This document shows positions 12,887 to 24,796 of a stretch of 64,000 bases of DNA, piece after piece; the stretch's first letter is position 1, and each line of letters starts with the position of its first letter. This DNA is from Octopus sinensis. Taxonomy: Eukaryota. The notes under the pieces were generated by a model. The model was not told where the DNA came from and did no database searches. It was given only the letters and a program-made list of their open reading frames with translations. The position numbers and the translations under genes were made by a program. The DNA lies in the NCBI RefSeq assembly GCF_006345805.1, contig NC_043025.1:15500001-15564000 (forward strand). The letters are read 5' to 3'.

Positions 12887-13289
12887 ATATATATATATAC
12901 ACATACATTTATGTATAGATATATACATTCCTCATGGCTCATTGTTTAGAGTAGCAGGCTCACAACCATGAGGTTGTGAGTTTAATTCCTGGACTGGGCT
13001 GTGTATTGTGTTCTTGAGCAAGACACTTCATTTTTACACTGCCCCAGTTCACTCAACTGTAGAAATGAGATGCAATGTCACTGGTGCTGAGCTGTCTATT
13101 GGGCTTTGCTTTTCCCTTGGATAAGGTCAGAACATCAGTGGTGTGGAGACAGGAGGCTGGTATGCATGGGCGACTGCTGGACTTTCATAAACAATCTTGC
13201 CTGGACTTGCGCCTCGGAGGGGAACTTTCTAGGTGCAATCCTATGGTCATACACCAGAAATGGAACCCCTTGAATGCTTGAACGGCTGA

Positions 13290-13990
13290 CTGGAAGAAGG
13301 CGATAGTTTTTGCATCCTAGGAGACATATGAACAAGGGAGGTGGTTGCTCTGAGAGTATAGAAGCTAGAGTAAGAACTGGTTGGAAAAGGTCCAAGGAGC
13401 TACCACCACTGCTGGCAACAAAGGTCTCCCCCACCCCAGGGAGAAAGGTAGATTGTATAACGATTGTGTAAGAATGCGAGCTGGCAGAAACGTTAGCACA
13501 CCGGGCGAAATGCGTCGCCATATTTCGTCTGCCGTTACGTTTTGAGTTCAAATTCCGTCGAGGTTGACTTTGCCTTTCATCCTTTTGGGGTCGATAAATT
13601 AAGTACCAGTTACGCACTGGGGTCGATATAATCGACTGAATCTGTTTGTCCTCTCTATGTTTAGCCCTTTGTGGGTAACAAAGAAACAGATTGTGTAAGA
13701 ATGCAGAGGATGAGAGAGGACAGAATGATGCAAGCGTTCTCCGCATGAATGTTGTGCTGAGAGAAAAAATGGGCATCAGACGAATCAGATGTTGTGTTCA
13801 AGAAAGAAGACTCTACTGGTCTGGACATACAACTTGGACGAGGACAGTGTCCGAGGAAGATCTAGGAAGGTATGGGATGAAGTGGTGAAGGCTCACCTCT
13901 GGATCCTAAGCCTCAGAGAGAATGACAAAGGACCAGGATACCCGGTGATAAGAGGTTCTGGAGAAAACCTGCCCATCGCAGAGAAACTGA
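13290..13990 (+). pseudogene. Degenerate RTE-clade LINE ORF2 3' part, interrupted by a SINE
   Basis: Translations DSFCILGD../GGGCSESIEARVRTGWKR..LLATK and ..LREKMGIRRIRCCVQERRLYWSGH resemble RTE ORF2. Confidence 0.75.
13478..13688 (+). mobile_element. SINE family 2 with 16-bp target-site duplication
   Basis: GATTGTGTAAGAATGC at 13462-13477 and 13689-13704. Confidence 0.9.
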
Positions 13991-14989
13991 TTTCTAAAAG
14001 CACTGTGTGGGTCTTGGGGATACATATATATATCTAGACACCAATATCTAAGTGTTATCCAAGCTTAATAAGATTATTTGTGAAGAAAATGAATCTCAAT
14101 GTAATTAATCTGCAGAAACCAGGAATCTACAAACACTTTCCACTTTCCTCAGAACAACGAGACGAAGTCACCACAATCCATCTACAAACAGCGGGGTGGC
14201 GTCATTTGAAGGCTAAAACAATGCGAAGCGCATTGTGACCAGCGATGTGTAGCAACATCTGATATATGTAAAGACACCCACACCCAACTAAAAGCTCATT
14301 AGGCCACAGATTAGGTTAGTTTCTGAGGTATTGAAAGCTGAGTGGAAGCCTCACTCCTTCTGGAATGTTCTCTGTGTACAAATGTGTTTAGTGTTACTGG
14401 TGTTGTGGTGAGTTCGTGTGTGGGTGGGTGGGGGGAATGCGGGTGCTGAATCATCCCACCCAGAGAGGCTGCTGGTGGTACACATTTCTAGACAACAGCA
14501 GAATGAAACGAAGAAGGGTTTTGCTCAGGGAACACATTTTGCACCGCGGTTCAGAAATTGAACCCACGAGTCTTCTTATTGAGAAATCACCCTAACCACT
14601 AAGCCATATGTCTGTCCCCATGCCCCTCCCCCCTTTTCTCTCAATTGATAGACAGAGAGAGATTGACAGATAGACAAACAGACAGAGATACAACTACAGA
14701 CACACAGACAGACATACTCAGAAATATACACAGGAAGCAACACTAGCAACACTAGCTATACCTGGGTGGGTGTGTTGGTAGATACAGGTGTGTCAAGAAG
14801 TTTGCTAACCAAAACCTGGTTTCGGGTTTCAGTCCCACCTTGTGGCACCTCAGGCAAATATCTTCTATAACCCCAGGCCAACCAAAGTCTTGTGACAGGA
14901 TCCAGTAGACAGAAATCCATTGTATGGATGGAGTGGGCAGAAGAAAATACAAGAGGATGAGATAATTGGAATTATATTCCACATATTTC

Positions 14990-15333
14990 TTTTTCAGATC
15001 CACACAGTTATTGCAGCGGTCCTTCAGTTTTTCTAAGCCCTGTAAAAAGAACTCACAAGGTTGGGCCTCCAGCCAGGCCTACCACAATACCCTTAAAACC
15101 AGTAACTTTTCAGCGCCCCTCAAATACACAAACACAAGGGTATACTGAAAGGTTCCTGGCTTTAAGTGAAAGAAAATACAGGAGCATCAGTTAATTATGA
15201 TTTTATTCATCATGTTCCCCTCTCTGATTCACACACTTACTGCAGCGGTCCTTCAGTTTTTCAAAGCCCTGTAACTTGGGAAGTTGGGCCTCCAATCAGG
15301 CCTTTTGTGATACCCTTAAAGCACCCCATTGTA
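14990..15333. mobile_element. Mariner-like MITE (one truncated and one near-complete copy)
   Basis: Degenerate TIRs like TA|CGAGGGGGCGCTGAAAAGTTCC; body 'TTATTGCAGCGGTCCTTCAG' also present at 63125-63250. Confidence 0.6.
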
Positions 15334-17929
15334 TATGTATGCATGAATGCAGGTTTTGACATTGCATGATGTCTGGCTCATGGGGTAATATCATCTTGCT
15401 TGGAAAAAGGCTGATAACAGGAAGGGGACACTTGGCTGCAAAAATTCTGCCCAACCCATGCAAGCTTGGAAAAGAGGACGTTAGCCTGATGATGACGACG
15501 ATGAGGTGGGCTGTTGATAGACAAAGTGAAAGTGAAGTTCTAAAGCAATTGATCTACGTGTGTGTGTGTGTGGTGTTTTTCAGTCATTGATCTGTGGCCA
15601 TACTGGAGCACAACTTTTCTTCTTTTTTTAAAGTCTGGAACTTATTCTATCCGTCTTTTATGCTGAACTTCAATTTCTACCTTCCAGATCCAGCCACAAG
15701 GATTTTGACTGGACTGATGAAAGCTATAGCAGAAGAAAGATACTTGCTCAAGGTGCCATGCAGCAGGACTGAACCTAAACCCATGAGCTTGCAAAACGAG
15801 TGCTTTTCCACACAACCATGCTTCTATCACACACACCTTTTATCTTGGTTCAGATAATTAGACCGTGGCCATGCTGGGGCACTGCCATGAAGGAATTTTA
15901 GTCAAATAAACAAACCCCAGAACTTCAGTTTTTTAAACCCTGGAACTTATTCTATCGGTCTCTTTTGCCAAACTGCTATGTTACAAGGATGTAAACACAC
16001 CATCGTCGGTTGTTGATGGTGGTGGGGACAAACATACTGCATGATGGGTTTATTTGGTTCCACCCATCAACCCAATCCACTCACAAGGTTTTGGTCCATT
16101 CAAGTCTACAGTTGAAGACACTTACCCAAAGTGACACGGTACCTTGTGGTTGGCAAACAAGCTTCTTACCACACAGCCACAAACTCAATATAATTGGATA
16201 GGTGTCGGAGTGGATGTGTGGTAAGAAGCTTGCTTCCCAACCACATGGTTTCAGGTTCAGTCCCACTGCCTGGCACCTTGGGCTGACCAAAGCCTTGTGT
16301 GTGGGTTTGGTACACAGAAACTGAAAAGAAGCCTGTTTTATATATATATAGTCCAACCCATGCTAGCATGGAAAGCGGACGCTAAATGATGATGATGATG
16401 TATGTGTGTGTGTGACTGTCTGTCTGTGTTTGTCTCTCCCACCATCACATGACAACCGATGTTGGTGTGTTTACATCTCTGTAATTTAGGAGTTCGACAA
16501 AAGAGACCGATAGAATAAGTACTAGGCTTACAAAAAATTAAGTCTTGGGGTCAATTTGTTCAACTAAAGGCGGTGCTCCAGCATGGCCACAGTCAAATGA
16601 CTGAAACAAATAAAAGAATAATAAATATTGAGTACAACACATTTAGAATGGAAACCTCAATCGCCTTTACTCTGAGTTTCTTTTCAGTTTCTGTCTACCA
16701 AATCCACACAGAAGGCTTTGGTCGGCCCAAGGTGCCACACAGTGGGACTGAACCTGAAACCATGTGGTTGGGAAGCAAGCTCCTGACCACACATCCACGC
16801 CTACACCTATCCAATTATATTGAGTTTGTGGCTGTGTGGTTTATTCACAGCATGAAACATGTGGCAGAAAAAAATGCACACATGTGTGTGTGAATGGATG
16901 ACTATGTTGTTGTGTACCTAAAACAAAGAAAGGGGTCAGGGGGAAAAAAAAACAAGCACCCCATATAAAACAACAAAGGCATATAAATATATAAATAAAT
17001 ATAACATTCCATGTGGAAGATGAAGATCCCTGATTGCCAGAGTTTCATCCGTGGAGAAGATGAGAGAAACAAGAAATGAAGGGGAATGGCCAAGAAGTTT
17101 GGGTTCTGAGGAAATTAAATGAAAGATAATAATTAAAAAAATACCTGGAGAGTAATTGTGGAGATCCATGGTGGTAGGAAATATGTGTACAACCTCAAAA
17201 AAAAGTAAGATATGTAAATGTGTGAGTGTGTAGGTGTTTCTTTGTTATGTGTGTGTTATTGGTGTATTTGTATATATACATACACACTGCTAAATAAGTG
17301 TGTGTGTGTGTGTACAAATGCAAATATGTTTATATGTACAGTTGTATTGGCGTGTGTAAATGAATGAAGTTACATGTGTGTGTCTAGGTCAGAGCTTTAA
17401 ATGCATGAAACTGTGAGAAACTTTGTGTGTAAATGAGAGAGAAAGAAAAAGTATTTATTGAAATGGTGTTTTTGTGTGAATTAGGAATTTATATGTATTT
17501 GTATGTGTGTATGTATATATATGGTATTTGTATATAATGTGTCTATGTATCTAAGACTGTGTATATGTGTGTGTGTTTTTATGTATATATATGTATTACA
17601 CACGTGTGTGTGTGTGTATATGGTGTTTATTATATGTATTTGTATCTGTGTGTATGTATATATGGTATTTGTATATAATGTGTATGTATCTAAGACTGTG
17701 TATATGTGTGTGTATTTATGTATTTGTATCTGTGTGTATGTATATATGGTATTTGTATATAATGTGTCTATGTATCCAAGACTGTATGTGTATATTTATG
17801 TATAAATGTATGTGTATGTATTACACACACGTGTGTGTGTGTGTGTGTGTAATATGGAGCAGAAAGTCCAGTCCAGTGGCAGCTAAAATCCAGAAGGAAG
17901 TCAGACAAGTCTGAAGAATTTGGTAGAAA

Positions 17930-18900
17930 AGGGGAAAAAGAAGCCAGTTGACAACTTTGAATATAAACTGTTGAAAAAGGAGAAGGGAGAGGAGGGGGGA
18001 AACAGAGATGATAACAACAACAACAACAACCAATATACAATCAGTTCATCCTTCCTTTCCCCTCTTTTCAGAACTTCCTTGAGAAGAACAGAATTGAGTG
18101 AGAGAGAGTGACGACATGGAGTGTGTGTGTGTTGTATGAGATAGAGATAGAGATAGAGAGATAGAACGATGATGAGTAAATGAGAGAGAGAGAGAGATGG
18201 ATAGATAGGTAGACAGATAGGAGAGACAGATAAGATAGAGAGAGAGAGAGAGAGAGATAGGTAGAAATAAAGAGCTATGGAGAGAGTAAGAAGTGAATAT
18301 GTGAGAATCACAAAGGCAGAGAATGGGAATGAATGAATATACAAGAAATAGAGAGAGGAGGAGGAGGAGGAGTAGAGAATTAGAGAGCAAGAGAGAGGGG
18401 GGAATTGAAGACCAAGAGGAGAGGGTCAGAAATGTAGAGAGGTAGGAGTAGAGGACTAGAGTGAAGAAGGGGAGGAGGAGAAATTTAAAGAGAGGAGTAA
18501 AGGACAAGGGAAAGGGGAGGAACGAAATACTAGGAATAGCGAACTACAGCAAGAGAGAGAGAAGGGAAGAGTTAAAAAAACCAAGAGGGAGGGAGGGAGT
18601 AGAGAAGTAGAGAGAAAGGGGAGGGGAAGGAGTGGACAGAAAGGGAAAGTGTGAAAGGAGGAGTGAAGTGACAAGGAGAGGGTGTAGTGATGTTAGTGTT
18701 GTCGCTGATGATGATGATGATGATGATGTTACTGATATTAATAGCTGTTTGAGAGGAAGATGGGAAGGGGGAGGAGAGAAATAGCGTTGATAGCAGTGGG
18801 AAGGAAGGAGGAGGAGGGAGGGAGGGAGGAGGAGGAGATGGTTGTGTTGTCCAGTCATGATGAAAGACAGATTAATGACTTGAGTGGAAGAGAGAGAGAA
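17930..18900. repeat. GA-rich low-complexity purine tract
   Basis: Direct inspection. Confidence 0.9.
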
Positions 18901-18912
18901 AGAGTGCGTGTG

Positions 18913-18947
<35 letters not shown>

Positions 18948-19410
18948 CTGTGTGCGTGTGTGTGTGTGCGTGTGCGTGTGTCAGTCAGTCAGTCAGTCAG
19001 TCGCAGCAGCAGCAGCAGTCGTTGTAAGACTGTCATAGCATGCATATGTGTCAGTCCCCTTCTCCATCCATCTGCCGTCTGTCATCCTGATTAATCAGGA
19101 GGAACCCTCTTCAGTTGTAAAAACTGTCATCACCAATCTACACACACATCTGCTTTTTACATAATTTCCTTCTGAATCCCCTTCCATTTCATCCCCATCC
19201 TTCTGTTCACTCACACAGCCTCCCCACATCTCTCTATCTCTCTACATTTATCGATCTATCGTACATCTTTACCTGTCTCTCTCTCTCTCTATTATCTTTC
19301 ACTAATTCCACTCACTAGATTGCGGCCACGCTGGGGCACAAATCAACCCCAGTAAACACAATTTGTCGAGCAGTAGCGAAAGAAATATACGCACACACGA
19401 TATATATATA

Positions 19411-19979
19411 CAGGGTTGGCCAAAAGTCACCCGACACTAAATCGAAACCTTTTCAGTCAAAGATTTATGGGCGATCTTTCGTCTCTAGTATACCTTTCCG
19501 TCGATTTCCGTAAAAAATTTTTTTTTTTTACATATGGGCTTGCGGGAACTTTTGAAGTAATACACATACACATACACCGAGTAAAAATTTCAGTTATCTC
19601 TTTCTTTCACACATTACTCTGTCTCTTCACACACACTAACAGAAGCACTTCACTTACACAACATGTCTGTCTCCCACACACACATACACACATGTACATC
19701 AATGCTCCCATGCACGGTAACTTCAAAAGAACTTCCCTCGTCATACAATCGCTTCCTCTTAGTCTCTTTCGCTCTCATTACTTCAAAAGTTCCCGCAAGC
19801 CCATATGTAAAAAAAAAAATTTTTTTACGGAAATCGACGGAAAGGTCTACTAGAGACGAAAGATCGCCGATTTATGTTTAAACAACTGAACGAATTTAAT
19901 AAAAGCATCTAAATATGAAACATCATGAAAATTGTCCTTCAGTCACGCAATTTACCGTCGGGTAACTTTTGGCCAACCC

Positions 19980-19981
<2 letters not shown>
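19411..19981. mobile_element. Tc1/mariner-type MITE
   Basis: TA|CAGGGTTGGCCAAAAGTCACCCGAC ... GTCGGGTAACTTTTGGCCAACCCTC|TA. Confidence 0.8.
19470..19868. mobile_element. Long-TIR MITE (Merlin-like) nested in the Tc1/mariner MITE
   Basis: 92-bp near-perfect TIRs starting GGCGATCTTTCG; perfect 8-bp TSD GATTTATG at 19462-19469 and 19869-19876. Confidence 0.85.
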
Positions 19982-20031
<50 letters not shown>

Positions 20032-20888
20032 CTCTTTACTCTTACTTGTTTCAGTCATTTGAATGCGGCCATGCTGGAGCACCGCCTTTAGTCGAGCAAA
20101 TCGACTCCAGGACTTATTCTTTTGTAAGCCTAGTACTTATTCTATCGGTCTCTTTTGCCGAACTGCTAAGTGACGGGGACGTAAACACACCAGCATCGGT
20201 TGTCAAGCGATGTTGGGGGAGGGGAGCAAACACAACATATATATATATGTGTGTGTGTGTGTGTACGGTGGCTTGACAGGAGCTGGTAAGGCCAGGGGCT
20301 GCACCAAGTTCCATCTTGGTTTCTACAGCTGGATGCCCTTCCTAACACCAACCACTTTTCGGAGGATACTAGGTGCTTTTAACATGGTACCAGTACTTTT
20401 AACATGGTACCACCACCCATACCAATACTTTTTATGTTACACATTGGTTTTAGGATCTCTCTCTCTCTCTCTCTCTGGCCCCCAAAGCCGTATTTTGTCC
20501 AATCGTTTGTCCTTGTCCAACGTCCTAAATCACACTGTGTTATTTTGCTTGCTCTCGTCTCATCCCTAATTCTCTGCAAGAAAACTTTTCAGGGGGAAAG
20601 GGGAGGGCATCGCCAATTGGGAAGTGGCCAGTCTTATCGTTAAAGGTGCAAAACTGAATGGCAGCAATTGGTCAATAACTGATGAAGAATTACGAACCTT
20701 CTCTTTGTCCCCCATTCATTTTTACATTGTTTTTTGTTTATTTACCATACACTTTTTCATGTGTGTATATATATATATATATATGTGTGTGTGTATGGGG
20801 AGAGTTTACGAAAATAAACAAAAGACGAAGACAGGTGGTGTACAAAACAAACAGATGTATCTGTATAACGCTCGGGAATAGAAAAAGT

Positions 20889-20924
20889 CTTTTACGTTTC
20901 AAGCCTATGCTCTTCTACAGAAAG
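20889..20924 (-). ncRNA. Minimal type-I hammerhead ribozyme-like motif (A6U core variant)
   Basis: CUUU-CUGUAGA-A-GAGC(AUAG)GCUU-GAAAC-GUA-AAAG, within a ~215-bp repeat at 20789-21003. Confidence 0.5.
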
Positions 20925-21026
20925 GGACACAGAAAAACAAGGAGAGAAACAAGGAGAAAGAAAAAAGGAGAGAAAAAATGTGTGTAGTGGCTAACGATCA
21001 TCTTTGTATATCTTCCAAGGCATAGC

Positions 21027-21385
21027 TTCAGAAAGAAGCTATGCCTGACCATTTACAAAGAACTACTCAAAAATAGGTGAAACCCAGCACATATGTTTTG
21101 TTGCCCTGAAACTTAGGGATCAAACATGATACCTTACAACATACCTATGTCTCATGGTCTACCCAGTCACCTTCCCATCTGCCTCTCCCTAAACCTCTTC
21201 TCCTTCCTCCCCTAATTATCTAGTCCTGACCATCCTTCAAAGCTTTTTCCTTATGAATGTTTATGGGTGTGTGTATGTGTATTACTATACAGCTGTAATG
21301 CCAAGAATGGCTATACACTTATACATACATACAGGAATATATACACACACAATGTAACTAAAATTAGTTAAGTTGGTATGCAGTG
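21027..21385 (+). repeat. 359-bp direct repeat, copy 2
   Basis: Near-identical to 10768-11126. Confidence 0.95.
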
Positions 21386-21435
21386 CTTGAGTGTAATGTT
21401 ACTGATGTATACATTATATATAAATATATAATGTA

Positions 21436-21822
21436 TATGTGGTAAGGAGCTTGTTTACCAACCACATGGTTCCGGGTTCAGTCCCACTGCGTGGCACCTT
21501 GGGCAAGTGTCTTCTACTATAGCCCCGGGCCAACCAAAGCCTTGTGAGTGGATTTGGTAGACGGAAACTGAAAGAAGCCTGTCGTATATATGTGTATATA
21601 TATATATGTATGTGTGTGTGTTTGTGTGTCTGTGTTTGTCCCCCTAGCATTGCTTGACAACCGATGCTGGTGTGTTTATGTCCCCATCACTTAGCGGTTC
21701 GGCAAAAGAGACCAATAGAATAAGTACTGGGCTTACAAAGAATAAGTCCCGGGATCGAGTTGCTCGATTAAAGGCGGTGCTCCAGCATGGCTGCAGTCAA
21801 ATGACTGAAACAAGTAAAAGAG
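21436..21822 (+). mobile_element. SINE family 1
   Basis: Matches the family consensus. Confidence 0.9.
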
Positions 21823-22327
21823 TAATACACACACACACACACACACACACACGATAGCATGTAGTACATAGTATTACAAGCTGTGACTCCTATCCAACAG
21901 ATTTCAGACCTCATCAATTACGACCACCCCTCTTTCCTCCACCCTTTATGGCTGAAAGAGAGAGGGGGTGGGGAGAAGAGATAAAGAAGGGAAGAAAGAG
22001 TGAAAAACAAACTATATATATATCTTGTTTCAGTCGGTGGTCTGTGGCTATGCTGGAGTACCACCTCGAATGGTTTTTACACTAATTTTAATTTTTTTTA
22101 AAGTCTGGTACTTGTTCTATCAGTTCTCTTTTAGCAAACTGCTAAGTCACATGGACATAAATCAACACTGGTAGAGTCAAGTAGTGTGTGTGTGTGTGTG
22201 TGTGTGTGACTGGTACTTGGTCGGGTACGACAACAAGGGTTCCAGTTGATCTGGTCAACGGAACAGCCTGCTAGTAGAATGAATGGACAAGTGGCTGAAC
22301 ACTCCACAGACATGCATACCCTTAATG

Positions 22328-22661
22328 CAGTGCTGGATTAACCATTAAGCAAAATAAGCACGTGCTTAGGGCATCAAGGGAAGGAGGGGGGACCACAGAA
22401 ATGGTAAATGGTTGACAGCACAAAAGAAATCACTTTAAACTTGTTAAAATAATATTCGGGATGCCTTTATCTCTGCTGAGTATAGATGCAGATTTGTTAC
22501 CAAAGATTAATTTTGAGGATCTGATCAAAGACTTTGCAATTCCAAAAAGTAGGAGGAACCGTTTCAAATCTAAATAAAATGGAAGGAGAGAAAAATTAAA
22601 CCTTATTTTCCCTTTTACTGTTTTGTTTCATTTTGACTCGATGGGTCTTAATCTGGCCCTG
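22328..22661 (+). mobile_element. Internally deleted hAT element retaining the transposase C-terminus
   Basis: TIRs CAGTGCTGGATTA / TAATCTGGCCCTG; perfect 8-bp TSD CCTTAATG. 22461-22577 encodes MPLSLLSIDADLLPKINFEDLIKDFAIPKSRRNRFKSK*, like the hAT dimerisation-domain end. Confidence 0.85.
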
Positions 22662-23382
22662 CCTTAATGTAGTTTTCAAGGAGATTCTGCAGGATACAGA
22701 ATATGACAAGAGGCACCCTTTGGGATGCAGGTACGAATAGTTTTTGAAGATGAAAAGACTGGAACAAAATGAAATGAAGTGTTTTGCTCAAGGACACAAC
22801 TCAACGCCACTGTAAATTGAACCCACAACCTTACAGTCACAAGCTGAATATCCCAAACCCTTAGCCACACACCTACACATACTTATAAATGATGAGCTTT
22901 CACAGAGTTTTCGTCCACTAAATTCACTGGTCTGGAGTTGCAGGAGGACAGACTTGCCTCACCCACATACAGCTATATACGAAAACCCCAAACTCTGCGT
23001 GCCTCAGGGCAGAAAACAAACAAACACCAACAAAATATAAATCCATTTCATTTTCTTTTCCCTTTTTTATAATCTAAGCACAAGGTCTGAAACTTTTAAA
23101 GGAAGGACTGGGGGATAGTCAATTACATTGATACCAGTAATTAACTGGTACTTATTTTATCACCACCCACCCCGCTCCCAAAGAAATTTGAAGACAAAGT
23201 ACTTCTAAGAGATTGGTCTGATTTTCTGCATTAAAAATAAACCCACACAGCCAATCCTTTCAACCACCACCACCTTCCTGTTGCTGGAAACGGAAATATT
23301 CGAAGCATTTCTGACCAATGTGTTGGAAGAAGATTTCGGAAACAGAAATGGTGGGAAAGCCCATTATATATACTCATTTACT

Positions 23383-23761
23383 TATTTCAGCCACTGGACT
23401 GTGGCCATGCTGGAGCACCACCTTAAAGTGTTTTTAGTTAAAGAAATCAACCCCAAGACATAGTCTTTGTAGCCTAGTACTTATTCTATTGATCACTTTG
23501 GCCCAAACCACTAAGTTACAGGGATGTAAACACACCGACATCGGTTGTCAAGTGGTGATTGGGGGAGGACAAACACACACACACACACACACGTATGACA
23601 GTCTTCTTACAGTTTCTGTCTATCAAATCCACTCACAAGGCTTTGGTCTGCCCGAGGATATAGTAGAAGATTCTTGCCCAAGGTGCCACGCAGTGGGACT
23701 GAACCCAGAGCCATCTAGTTTGAAAGCAAGCTTCTTACGACACATCCACTCCTGTGCCTAT
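23383..23761 (-). mobile_element. SINE family 1
   Basis: Reverse complement of the family consensus. Confidence 0.85.
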
Positions 23762-23792
<31 letters not shown>

Positions 23793-23874
23793 CACAGTTC
23801 TATATTTAAGAGATGAGGAATTATGTACATTATTTACAATTGATGGATATTTGTCCTCATCTTGTTTGTTGTTA

Positions 23875-23918
23875 ACACAACGTTTCGGCTGATATACCCT
23901 CCAGCCATCATCAGGTGT
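23875..23918 (-). ncRNA. Minimal type-I hammerhead ribozyme motif
   Basis: ACAC-CUGAUGA-U-GGCUG(10 nt)CAGCC-GAAAC-GUU-GUGU; canonical core, loop-less palindromic stem III (AACGUU). Confidence 0.7.
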
Positions 23919-24343
23919 CTTAGGGAAATTTACATATATATTCTGATTGAATCTTCATGCATTAACATGTACTTCCCTGCGACAATGTAAACTTTGATTT
24001 AATCAAGATACCCTCGGCCTGACGAGTAGCCTGCAGTATACACTTCACTTGGATATTTACCACTTCTGAGGTTCTGCTCGCTATGAAGCATATGTAGCCC
24101 AGATCTTATCTACTGCATTCCTTAGCTCTTGTTTTCTTATTCACACACTCGGCAAACCAGGTTTCCTATGTTGAGATATAAAAAGAACTTTTTTCAATTT
24201 ATATTCTGCTAAGAAAATAATCCTTAACCTTCCATCTCAATAAACCATTATCATTCTTGAAAATTGTTTTTTGATTTTTACTACGGATTGCTTGAAACTA
24301 ACTTTCTTCCTTGGATCTTGCATACATCCATTTATTTCCATCT

Positions 24344-24388
24344 GTTCCTCGCTGATGAAGGAAAAGTCGGAACCAAGTTGGGGGTAAC
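24344..24388 (+). ncRNA. Eroded hammerhead-like motif
   Basis: CUGAUGA, then GGAA in place of GAAA, palindromic CCAA-G-UUGG stem III; cleavage site and stem II degenerate. Confidence 0.3.
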
Positions 24389-24749
24389 TATATTTTAATG
24401 AATTTGTTAGCTTGCATCCTCTTTTTGGCACGTGGTGTAATAATACAAATAAAAATATTTTATGTGGTCAGACGATTAGCGTCTATTTTTCAGCATTTTG
24501 GCAATGAAAATTGTTGGTTCTTTTTGTCCTTATTTATAATTTTGTATTGAAAATTTCACCTTTTAAGGTATTTTTCATATGCTGGCCACTGATAAAAGGT
24601 TTTGAAATTTTATCCTTATTTTAGAAGTTTATGTGTGTGTGTATGTATATGGAGTAAACACATAAATGTGAAAACAAGGTGGAAAAAAGAGTACTCAAAT
24701 ACCAGGGGTAGAGTAATATGCTTTATTTAAAAGCAACAGAAATTTAACA

Positions 24750-24796
24750 AAAACTGTCCGACGAACGGGAAATGTGAAACTCCGAGTAACCGTTTT
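24750..24796 (+). ncRNA. Type-I hammerhead-like motif (U4C) at the apex of a 37-bp fold-back
   Basis: AAAACUGU-CCGACGA-ACG(GGAAA)UGU-GAAA-CUC-C-GAG-UA-ACCGUUUU. Confidence 0.6.

Noticed and set aside
15230-15330. Minus-strand exon ending in GTAAGT, repeated three times
   Set aside because: Lies within the mariner-like MITE; all frames have stops and the donor is absent in the other copies.
16936-17169. ATG-exon / GT..AG / exon pattern on the minus strand
   Set aside because: The intron would be ~39 nt and the peptide has no recognisable similarity.
19085-19100. 16-bp perfect palindrome TCCTGATTAATCAGGA (Pbx/Hox-like sites)
   Set aside because: About one such palindrome is expected by chance in 64 kb.
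10768-21385. LTR retrotransposon bounded by the 359-bp repeats
   Set aside because: No TG..CA ends, TSD, PBS/PPT or gag/pol remnants between them.
24015-24050. CUGACGAG as a hammerhead core (also CUGAUGA hairpin at 33010-33048)
   Set aside because: No correctly placed GAAA or stem III.
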